In this document: positions 1 through 6,867 of the stretch, in pieces | Layout of the letters: each line of letters begins with the position of its first letter | Numbering within the stretch: position 1 is the first letter of the stretch | NCBI GenBank assembly: GCA_002385705.1 | Contig: DGDZ01000054.1 | Coordinates: 386 to 27,154 of the forward strand | DNA: 26,769 nucleotides | Direction of reading: 5' to 3' | DNA from: Verrucomicrobia subdivision 3 bacterium UBA3939 | Lineage (GTDB): Bacteria > Verrucomicrobiota > Verrucomicrobiia > Limisphaerales > UBA3939 | Made by a program: the position numbers and the translations under genes | The notes under the pieces: model-generated | Databases searched by the model: none | Told to the model about the DNA's origin: nothing | Seen by the model: only the letters and a program-made list of their open reading frames with translations

Positions 1-50
1 GAAGTCTGACTGCTGTCCCCGTGCTGCGGCTGAGGACAGCCGCGCGCCGG
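1..50. repeat. Copy A of a ~50-bp direct repeat (gaagtctgactgctgtccccgtgctgcggctgaggacagccgcgcgccgg). It contains the hairpin gctgtcc-N15-ggacagc.
   Basis: Direct sequence comparison with 165..214 shows 47/50 identical positions. The inverted 7-nt arms are read directly from the sequence. Confidence 0.6.
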
Positions 51-164
51 GCAGGCGCAGTCCTTCGGGTTCCGCGCGTGGACGAAGCGCGCGACTGCCG
101 GGTTCTGCCGGCGCTCATCGGCACCACCTGCCGGATTTGAAGGGTAGGTCTTTCTGCTGAACTC

Positions 165-214
165 GAAGTCTTGCTGCTGTCTCCGTGCTGCGGCTGAGGA
201 CAGCCGCGCGCCGG
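165..214. repeat. Copy B of the same ~50-bp repeat, 114 bp downstream of copy A. It lies just upstream of the pectate lyase gene.
   Basis: gaagtcttgctgctgtctccgtgctgcggctgaggacagccgcgcgccgg is near-identical to 1..50. Confidence 0.6.
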
Positions 215-309
215 AATGGCTTCTCCCGCGGCCTTTTTTTCACTGCTTTTTGCAGAATTCAATAATGCGCAATGGCCGGAGTGCTTTACATTGTGGCGCC
301 AACAGCCAT

Positions 310-2157
310 ATGCGTTTGACGTTGTTCCGAATCGGCATCTGCCTGCTCGTTCCTTCCATTCCGTCATTCTCACTCGCCGCCACCATCAGCACAGCCGTGG
401 GAAATGGCGCGGACGTCGAAATGCGCGAGCCAGGCAACGATCGCCTGAACGGGACGTCGATGAACACGCGAACCTCGGGCGCCGGTGATCGCAATGAAAT
501 CATCGGGCTGCGCTTTGATCTGTCCGGTTACGTGCCGGCGCAGGTGAGCAATGTTTCGTTGACGTTGATCAGCTATCGCACGAACGACCAGGTGCGGCAG
601 GTGCATGTGTATGGCGTGACCGAGGGCGCCACGAGCGGGACCGGGAAGTTCAACACGGCCACCTGGAGCGAGGAAGGACTCGAGGAGTTCGGCGATCTTC
701 CCGGGCTCGAAGTCACCGATGGCGATTTCCTCACCCAGAGCATCAATTCCAACAGCGTCACGTTCCTGGGCGCGCTGACGTTTCCGGTCACGCCCGAAGG
801 CGGGACGCTCGTGTTCACGAACGCGGCGCTGACGTCTTTCGTCCAGAGCCACACCGGCAAGCTCGTGATGCTGTTGCTGGCCGCCGGAAACACCAGCTCC
901 GGCCAGTCGCGCTTCGCAACACGGGAAGCCACCGCGACGGCGACCGGTGTTCTGACCGGTTCCGGCGGTGCGTTCGCACCGCGCCTGGATTTCGCCGGGG
1001 AGGGTATCGTGGACGGTGGCTTGCGCTTTACCAACATATGGCTGACGGAGGACGGCATCGTGGCGGCGGGAGAAGGTGGCACGAGCCTTGGGGATTACGC
1101 GATCCTTTCGGCGCCTGACCTGACGGTTCCCGCGGCGAGCTGGGCGGCGCTGGCGACGAACTCCTTCGACGCGGCGGGCTCGTTTGTCTTTACCAATCCG
1201 GTGCAGTTCAACGAGGGCGCGCGGTTCTTCCGCGTGCTGGAGGTGGACAGGCCGATCAACTTCGATCACGTGGGTTTCGCCGGTGTGGCGGGAACGCTCA
1301 CCGGAGGCGCAGGCGGGCCGACCCAGACGGTCAGCTCCTCCGCTCAGTTCATCAGCGCCGTGACCGCGACGGGCCCTCGCGTGGTCCAGGTCTCCGGGCA
1401 GATCGATCTGAACGGCTCGGGGACCGGCAGCGTGAACATTCAGTCGGACAAGACCATCGTCGGCCTGGGCACCAACGCGACGGTGCTCGGCCAGTTGCAG
1501 ATCAGCGGCCGAAGCAATGTCATCATCCGCAACCTCATCATCAGCAACAATGGCGAGGCGGAGAGCCTGGACGGCGTGCGGATCGTGAACGGCTCGCACC
1601 ATATCTGGGTGGATCACTGCACGTTTGTGGATTGCGGAGACGGCGAGCTCGACAACACGGTGGGCGCGGATTACATCACGATTTCCTGGTGCAAGTTCTA
1701 CTACACGCGGGACAACGGGCATAACTTCGTAAACCTCATTGCCGCGTCGGACTTCGACTCCGGCAATTACCGCATCACGTTTCATCACAACTGGTACAGC
1801 ACGATGTGCCGCCAGCGCATGCCGATGTCGCGCTACGGCACCGTGCACCTGTTCAACAACTTCTATAACTCGCCGGGAAACGGTTACTGCTCGAACGCCC
1901 GGACCAACGCGCAGTTCCTTTCCGAACACAACGTCTATCGCGATGTCAGAGATCCCATCTTCAAGGAAAGCAACGGGCGCATTCGAACGGTGGGGAATCT
2001 GTACCAGAACTGCACCGGCAGGATTGATCCGGGAACCGACGTGCTGGATCCGATCCTGACTCCGCCGCCGTACCCGTACAATCTGGACCCGGCGGATCTG
2101 GTGCCGTTCATCGTGACGAACAACGCCGGCGCGGGCAAAGGACCGTTCGCGCCCTGA
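310..2157 (+). CDS. Secreted pectate lyase, polysaccharide lyase family 1, with an N-terminal ~330-aa non-catalytic extension. The ORF is open from 250, but the signal-peptide-like MRLTLFRIGICLLVPSIPSFSLAA begins at the ATG at 310.
   Basis: PL1 signatures are present in the translation: NGSHHIWVDHCTF, GADYITISWCKF, and the R-rich RQRMPMSRYG segment (RxPxxR-like). A hydrophobic signal peptide follows the Met at 310. The stop is at 2157. Confidence 0.85.
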   Translation: MRLTLFRIGICLLVPSIPSFSLAATISTAVGNGADVEMREPGNDRLNGTSMNTRTSGAGDRNEIIGLRFDLSGYVPAQVSNVSLTLISYRTNDQVRQVHVYGVTEGATSGTGKFNTATWSEEGLEEFGDLPGLEVTDGDFLTQSINSNSVTFLGALTFPVTPEGGTLVFTNAALTSFVQSHTGKLVMLLLAAGNTSSGQSRFATREATATATGVLTGSGGAFAPRLDFAGEGIVDGGLRFTNIWLTEDGIVAAGEGGTSLGDYAILSAPDLTVPAASWAALATNSFDAAGSFVFTNPVQFNEGARFFRVLEVDRPINFDHVGFAGVAGTLTGGAGGPTQTVSSSAQFISAVTATGPRVVQVSGQIDLNGSGTGSVNIQSDKTIVGLGTNATVLGQLQISGRSNVIIRNLIISNNGEAESLDGVRIVNGSHHIWVDHCTFVDCGDGELDNTVGADYITISWCKFYYTRDNGHNFVNLIAASDFDSGNYRITFHHNWYSTMCRQRMPMSRYGTVHLFNNFYNSPGNGYCSNARTNAQFLSEHNVYRDVRDPIFKESNGRIRTVGNLYQNCTGRIDPGTDVLDPILTPPPYPYNLDPADLVPFIVTNNAGAGKGPFAP

Positions 2158-2164
2158 ACGACAG

Positions 2165-2190
2165 CCGGAGCGCGGACCGCGAGTCCGCGC
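2165..2190. repeat. REP-like element: CCGGAGCGCG head plus an 8-bp-stem hairpin (gcgcggac cgcga gtccgcgc). It sits immediately after the pectate lyase stop.
   Basis: The palindrome is read directly. The same head motif followed by a hairpin recurs at 2487, 4489, 13338, 26541 and 26751, and in reverse complement at 26724. Confidence 0.5.
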
Positions 2191-2289
2191 GGAGCGAGGG
2201 CTCGAAAGACGAAGAAAAGGTTTTGTCTCACACGCCAACAGCCTGTTGAACGGGAAGGGAACGGAAAGAACGGCCTGCCGTCGTTGCGG

Positions 2290-2321
2290 CCTGGCGACTT
2301 GGCGTCTTGGCGCCCTGGCGT
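2290..2321. repeat. Tandem octamer array x4: cctggcga / cttggcgt / cttggcgc / cctggcgt.
   Basis: Read directly. It lies in the 480-bp intergenic region upstream of the GH43-like gene. Confidence 0.5.
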
Positions 2322-2486
2322 TGAAACAGGTTTGGGAGCACGCACGATCGTGGTTCTTAACGCAAAGGCGCAAAGGCGCCAGGACGCAAAGGACGGCGAA
2401 CGGCAACGGCCTGAACCACGAAAGGCACGAAGGGGCACGAAAAGGAAGGCTTGGTTTCACGCGAAGCGCCGAAGGCCCGAAGGAAG

Positions 2487-2512
2487 CGGAGCGCCGACTC
2501 TGCGAGTCGCAG
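2487..2512. repeat. REP-like element: cggagcgccgactctgcgagtcgcag, with hairpin cgactc-tgc-gagtcg.
   Basis: It is 24/25 identical to the core at 26541..26565. Confidence 0.55.
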
Positions 2513-2640
2513 AGGCTTCGACAGCACTGCCTGCCTCGGATCTGCATGAGACCAGTGCGTCTGCTGCTTCCTGCATTGCTGCGGGTCACAGCTGGCGGTC
2601 GCGCTTTCCAAACCACCTATCGTTCGCTACCTTCGGGCGC

Positions 2641-3669
2641 ATGAAGACGCTTGCGTCAGTTCTCCTCGTCACCTTGCTCAGTGCTGCAGCCGGTCTTCGT
2701 GCGGATGACGTGTCGCCGGCGGGAAAGATCGCTCCCAAACCGCTCTTCCGGGATCCCATCTACGACGGTGCGGCGGACCCGGTCGTGATCTGGAATCGCG
2801 CGGAAAAGAAGTGGTTCATGTTTTACACCAATCGCCGGGCCAGTCAGACCAACGGCGTGAGCGGTGTCGAGTGGGTGCACGGCACGAAGATCGGCATTGC
2901 CGAATCGTCGGACGGCGGAGCCACCTGGACCTATCGCGGCACGGCCGATATTCGTCATGGCGGCGAGGGAATGACACATTGGGCGCCGGAGGTCATCGAG
3001 CATGACGGCCTCTATCACATGTATCTCACGTTTGTCCCCGGTATCTTCTCGAACTGGGGGCATCCGCGCGACATCCTGCACCTGACGAGCACGAACCTGC
3101 TGAACTGGAAATACGAATCGACTCTGAAACTGGCCGCGGACCGCGTCATCGACGCCTGTGTGTTGCGGCTGTCGGACGGGACCTGGCGCATGTGGTACAA
3201 CAACGAGCGCGACGGCAAATCCATCTACTACGCGGACAGCAAGGATCTCTACACATGGGAAGACAAGGGCAAGGCGCGCGGCACGAGCGAGCGCGGCGGC
3301 GAAGGCCCGACCGTGATGCACTGGAAGGGACGCTACTGGATGGTCGTGGACATCTGGGCCGGATTGCGGGTTTATCGTTCGGACGACGCGTTGACCTGGG
3401 AACGACAACCCACCGATCTGTTGTCCCAACCCGGCAAGGGCGAGGACGACGGCGTGGTGGGACAACACGCCGACCTCGTCGTCAGCGGCGATCGCGCCTT
3501 CCTCTTCTACTTCACACATCCGGGGCGCCGCGGGTCGAATGCGCGCGCCGACGGTTATGAGCAGCGGCGCAGTTCCATCCAGGTGGTGGAACTCTTCGAA
3601 AAGGACGGGTGGCTCACGTGCGATCGGGATCAGCCCACCTATATTCGCCTGGTTCCGCCGGAGCCGTGA
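2641..3669 (+). CDS. Secreted glycoside hydrolase with a 5-bladed beta-propeller, GH43-like. The ORF track starts at 2284, but the first 119 codons are a low-complexity, R/K-rich read-through of the repeat-rich intergenic region. The ATG at 2641 precedes a clear signal peptide, MKTLASVLLVTLLSAAAGLRA.
   Basis: Motifs seen: DPVVIWNRAEKKWFMFYT (N-terminal Asp blade), HWAPEV, DGTWRMWYN, and EGPTVMHWKGRYWMV (the EGP acid motif typical of GH43-type propellers). Confidence 0.6.
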   Translation: MKTLASVLLVTLLSAAAGLRADDVSPAGKIAPKPLFRDPIYDGAADPVVIWNRAEKKWFMFYTNRRASQTNGVSGVEWVHGTKIGIAESSDGGATWTYRGTADIRHGGEGMTHWAPEVIEHDGLYHMYLTFVPGIFSNWGHPRDILHLTSTNLLNWKYESTLKLAADRVIDACVLRLSDGTWRMWYNNERDGKSIYYADSKDLYTWEDKGKARGTSERGGEGPTVMHWKGRYWMVVDIWAGLRVYRSDDALTWERQPTDLLSQPGKGEDDGVVGQHADLVVSGDRAFLFYFTHPGRRGSNARADGYEQRRSSIQVVELFEKDGWLTCDRDQPTYIRLVPPEP

Positions 3670-3704
3670 ACCGGTTCGTGCGCGCCAACCGGACCTGACC
3701 CGGA

Positions 3705-4478
3705 ATGCAAGCGGTCCAAGCGACTGAAGCGGCCGTTTCGAAGGATTCATCGCGTGGCGCATGGCTTGCCCTTGCCTTGCTGGTGCCGGTCCCGAGCATC
3801 GGCACCGCTGCGGCGCTCTGGTGGTGGCCGGATCTGCCGGTCGGGAAGATCCTCTTCGTGGCGGCAAAGGTCTGGATCCTGGCCTTGCCTCTGGCATGGC
3901 TGGTCCTGGTCGAACGATCGCGGCCCGGCTGGTCGCCGCCGCACCATGGAGGCTTCGGCGTTGCCATCGGCACAGGTCTCGCCATTGCCGCGGTTATTGT
4001 CGGGGCCTACGCGCTGGTGCGGAAACTCAACCTGCTGGATGCCACGATCATCACGGAACGGGCGGCGTTGACGGGATTGAACCAGCCGGCGTTCTACATC
4101 GGCGGCGCGCTGTACTGGATCCTGTTCAATTCGTTGATGGAGGAATATGTGTGGCGGTGGTTCGTCTTTCGCAAGGCGGAGGCGGCGGTGGGCGGCAGGG
4201 CGGCGGTCGTCGTATCCGCGCTCGGTTTCACCGCGCATCATGTCATTGCACTGGCGGCCCAGTTCACCTGGCCGATCACCGTCCTTGCGTCACTCGGCGT
4301 GTTTATCGGCGGAGTCACCTGGAGCTGGCTCTACCTTCGCTACCGTTCCATCTGGCCGTGCTACGTCAGCCACGCGATCGTCGATACGCCAATCTTCCTG
4401 ATAGGGTGGCGGCTGATCTTTCACGAAGGAACCCTCCGGGCTCTTGAAAGCTGCAGCCCGGGCGTTGGTTGTGTCTGA
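3705..4478 (+). CDS. CPBP-family (CAAX protease / Abi-like) intramembrane metalloprotease.
   Basis: Multiple TM segments are present. The motifs EEYVWRWF (EExxxR), FTAHH (FxxxH) and SHAIVDT (HxxxD) occur in the canonical order for PF02517. Confidence 0.8.
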   Translation: MQAVQATEAAVSKDSSRGAWLALALLVPVPSIGTAAALWWWPDLPVGKILFVAAKVWILALPLAWLVLVERSRPGWSPPHHGGFGVAIGTGLAIAAVIVGAYALVRKLNLLDATIITERAALTGLNQPAFYIGGALYWILFNSLMEEYVWRWFVFRKAEAAVGGRAAVVVSALGFTAHHVIALAAQFTWPITVLASLGVFIGGVTWSWLYLRYRSIWPCYVSHAIVDTPIFLIGWRLIFHEGTLRALESCSPGVGCV

Positions 4479-4488
4479 GCTTCGCACT

Positions 4489-4511
4489 CCGGAGCGCGGC
4501 ATTCATGCCGC
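4489..4511. repeat. REP-like element: CCGGAGCGCG head plus hairpin gcggca-ttca-tgccgc, followed by ttc. It may act as a weak terminator for the CPBP gene.
   Basis: Read directly. It sits between the convergent CPBP and GH28 genes. Confidence 0.45.
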
Positions 4512-4607
4512 TTCAGGCTACGCCTGCACGTGCATCTGCGAATCAGGTTCCACCGTGCTCTGCAATCGGACGTAAAGCGAGCTGAAGCTCTTACCCGGGC
4601 CTTCCAT

Positions 4608-6287
4608 TCAAAAGCTCTGTTCCCTGACTGAATCCAGCCTTACCTCCGAGGTGTCACGGCTGTTGCGCAAGGCGAATCGCTCCACATTCTTCAGAACAAA
4701 CGACGGCCGGCCTTCGGCGCGATCCCACTTGATGTTCACCAGATCGACGTCTTTCACGTCGTCGAGCACAAACGCCGGGCGCTGGTCCTCATTCAGGAAA
4801 CGCACTTCCACATCCTTCAGTTCCACGCGCGCGGCGTGCCGGATGTAGAACCCGTAGGCCGGTGTGACGCCGAACATGGACGGCTCGGGATACGAATTCG
4901 CGTTCTCAGGAATCGCTCGCTCCGCCTGCTCGCGCGTGCCGCCGCCGCGGTAGTGGATCCGGATATTGTTCAGCGTCACGTCCTCGACCGGGTGCCCTTC
5001 GATCCCGGCGATGATGCAGGCATACTGCGGGTCCACGTCATAGGCGAACACGTTGCTGATGTGGACGCGGCGCAGCTTTCCGACGGGCACGCCTTCAGGT
5101 CCGCGCATGCGGCTGCCCAGCCGCAGGAACAGCGGTGACGTCGTCACGTCGCGCATCGTGATGTTGTTGATGGCCACATCCTCGAGCAGGCCGCCGTCCA
5201 CCGTTTCCAGCGCGATTCCGCGACAGCGGTCGAACACGCAGTTTGCGATCGTAATGTTCTTGAACCCGCCATTCGATTCCGTGCCGAACTTGATCCGGCC
5301 GGTGACGCCGTCGCGGTCAGGCGCGAGTTTCTGGGTGCGTTTGAACGTGCCGTCGAAGAACGTGCCCGGGTCGTAACCCGTCACCTGGCAATTGACGATC
5401 GTCACGTTCTCCGTGGCCTGCGCGTAACCGAGCCCGAAGGAACTCTTCAGCACAATCGCGTCGTCGTTCGGCGAATTGATGGTGCAGTTCGAGATGCGCA
5501 CATTGCGACAGGAATCGATGTCGAGCCCGTCGCGGTTGGTGTCGATCTTCAGATTGTCGATGGTGAGGTTGTCCACGCCCGTGGCCAGCAGGACGAAGTG
5601 GCCCCCCATGAGAACGGAGAAGTCGCGCAACACAACGTTGCGGCAGAGCTTGAGCGCGATGGCCTTGTTGCCTTCGCCTTCCATCGAAGGATCGAGCGGA
5701 GGGCGTGGGCCGGATGCATTGGTCACCCCGTAAGTGGTTTCGAGCGGATTGGTCACTCCGGTGCTGAACACGCCTGGCATGTCGCCCGCCCGGCTGGCCC
5801 GGCGCGGGCCTGGACCACGGCGCGTCAACCCTTTGCCGTCGATCCGCCCTGGCCCGAGGATGGAGACGTTCTCGAGGCCGATACCCCAGATCAGGCTGTT
5901 CTGCCAGTGGCTGTGGCCGAAGTCCTGGTACATGTCCCACTCGTTCGGCTCCGGCAGGTCGTAGCGCCCGCCGTGTTCCTGCGGGTTTGCCGCGAGCAAC
6001 GTCGCGCCCTGATCGAGATACAGCGCGATGTGGCTCTTCAGCCGAATGGAAAAGCTCAGGTAGGTTCCCGCCGGGAAATACACTGTGCCGCCGCCGCGTT
6101 CCGCGGCCGTTTCAATGGCCTTGTTGATGGCGTCCGTGTCGAGGGTCTTGCCGTCGCCGCGCGCCCCGAACGCCCGCACATCGTACACCGGGGCATTGGA
6201 GAGCAGGAGATCCTGCGCTGCTGCCGCCCACGGAAACAGCATGCCGACACCAAGCAGAAGACCGAGCAGCCGGGTTTCCATTCTCAT
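4608..6287 (-). CDS. Secreted glycoside hydrolase family 28 protein (pectate-lyase-fold polygalacturonase / rhamnogalacturonase-like), right-handed beta-helix.
   Basis: Signal peptide MRMETRLLGLLLGVGMLFPWAAAA. The VYDVRAFGARGDGKTLDTDAINKAIE N-terminal motif is present. GH28 active-site-like blocks are TNRDGLDIDSCRNV, NSPNDDAIVLKSS and RIKFGTES. Confidence 0.8.
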   Translation of the reverse strand: MRMETRLLGLLLGVGMLFPWAAAAQDLLLSNAPVYDVRAFGARGDGKTLDTDAINKAIETAAERGGGTVYFPAGTYLSFSIRLKSHIALYLDQGATLLAANPQEHGGRYDLPEPNEWDMYQDFGHSHWQNSLIWGIGLENVSILGPGRIDGKGLTRRGPGPRRASRAGDMPGVFSTGVTNPLETTYGVTNASGPRPPLDPSMEGEGNKAIALKLCRNVVLRDFSVLMGGHFVLLATGVDNLTIDNLKIDTNRDGLDIDSCRNVRISNCTINSPNDDAIVLKSSFGLGYAQATENVTIVNCQVTGYDPGTFFDGTFKRTQKLAPDRDGVTGRIKFGTESNGGFKNITIANCVFDRCRGIALETVDGGLLEDVAINNITMRDVTTSPLFLRLGSRMRGPEGVPVGKLRRVHISNVFAYDVDPQYACIIAGIEGHPVEDVTLNNIRIHYRGGGTREQAERAIPENANSYPEPSMFGVTPAYGFYIRHAARVELKDVEVRFLNEDQRPAFVLDDVKDVDLVNIKWDRAEGRPSFVLKNVERFALRNSRDTSEVRLDSVREQSF

Positions 6288-6380
6288 AAGGGCGCCATGC
6301 TAGGGGAGCGCCCGTTCGAAATCAAAGCCGCCAGAACAGTGGAGGTCATCCCCGCCGGACCGCCCCGCCGCCTCCCGCAT

Positions 6381-6421
6381 CGGGACAATTCCGCGCGCAT
6401 ATGCGACAAGAATTGTCCCGG
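6381..6421. repeat. Copy 1 of a 41-bp nested palindrome: cgggacaattc-cgcgcgcatatgcgac-aagaattgtcccgg. It lies 94 bp upstream of the GH28 start.
   Basis: The outer 11-12-bp inverted arms (gggacaattc / gaattgtccc) and the inner palindrome gcatatgc are read directly. The second copy at 6478..6518 differs at 1 nt. Confidence 0.65.
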
Positions 6422-6477
6422 CGAAATTGGCAACTGCCTTGACCGCTGGTTCTTGCGAAAATCCGCGTTTTTGAGCC

Positions 6478-6518
6478 CGGGACAATTCCGCACGCATATG
6501 CGACAAGAATTGTCCCGG
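6478..6518. repeat. Copy 2 of the 41-bp nested palindrome. It lies 56 bp upstream of the PGPGW gene start.
   Basis: cgggacaattccgcacgcatatgcgacaagaattgtcccgg. Confidence 0.65.
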
Positions 6519-6573
6519 TCGACTGGATGGAATCCACTACTTGCGGAGTGCAGGGGATGACGGACGTTGAGGC

Positions 6574-6867
6574 ATGGAACCCCAGAATCCAAAGTCCGGG
6601 ACAAGCCGGCTGCGCAAGGCGGTGGGCTACGACAAGCTCTCGCCGGCGGTGCGTCGCGTGGTGTGCGGCATTGTGGGTGGTTTTCTCCTGTTCATCGGGG
6701 TGGCACTGCTCTTTCTGCCCGGGCCGGCGTTCGTGGTCATCCCGCTGGCGCTGGCGGTGCTCGCGATGGAGTTCGCCTGGGCCCGGCGGTACTGGGACAA
6801 GGTCCGCGGCTGGGCGGAGAAAGCAAAGCAACGCGCGTGTCGGAAGCGGGCTACTGCTCGCGGATGA
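6574..6867 (+). CDS. Small two-TM membrane protein of the PGPGW family (PF09656-like).
   Basis: LLFLPGPAFVVIPLALAVLAMEFAW contains the PGP(A/G)(F/W) signature flanked by hydrophobic helices. A GAGG lies 4 nt before the ATG. The 3' end overlaps the pheT stop by 17 nt on the opposite strand. Confidence 0.55.
   Translation: MEPQNPKSGTSRLRKAVGYDKLSPAVRRVVCGIVGGFLLFIGVALLFLPGPAFVVIPLALAVLAMEFAWARRYWDKVRGWAEKAKQRACRKRATARG

Noticed and set aside
1-216. CRISPR array hypothesis for the 50-bp repeats at the window start, and likewise for the REP-like copies at 26541/26751
   Set aside because: Only two copies each. Spacings of 114 and 211 bp are outside the CRISPR spacer range and unequal. No cas genes are in the window.
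370-2616. 748-aa ORF on the minus strand overlapping the pectate lyase gene
   Set aside because: R/A/L/G/P-rich composition typical of antisense frames in high-GC DNA. The plus-strand frame carries clear PL1 motifs and a signal peptide.
2284-2640. N-terminal 119-codon extension of the GH43-like ORF
   Set aside because: The translation (RRQDAKDGERQRPEPRKARRGTKRK...) is a read-through of the purine-rich repeat region. A proper signal peptide begins at the ATG at 2641.
2656-3897. 413-aa minus-strand ORF antisense to the GH43-like and CPBP genes
   Set aside because: Low-complexity R/P/A-rich translation with no motifs. The sense strand encodes recognisable proteins.
6284-6604. Small minus-strand ORFs (106 and 68 aa) containing RDNSCRICxRNCP twice
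   Set aside because: They are simply translations of the two copies of the 41-bp nested palindrome, not genes.
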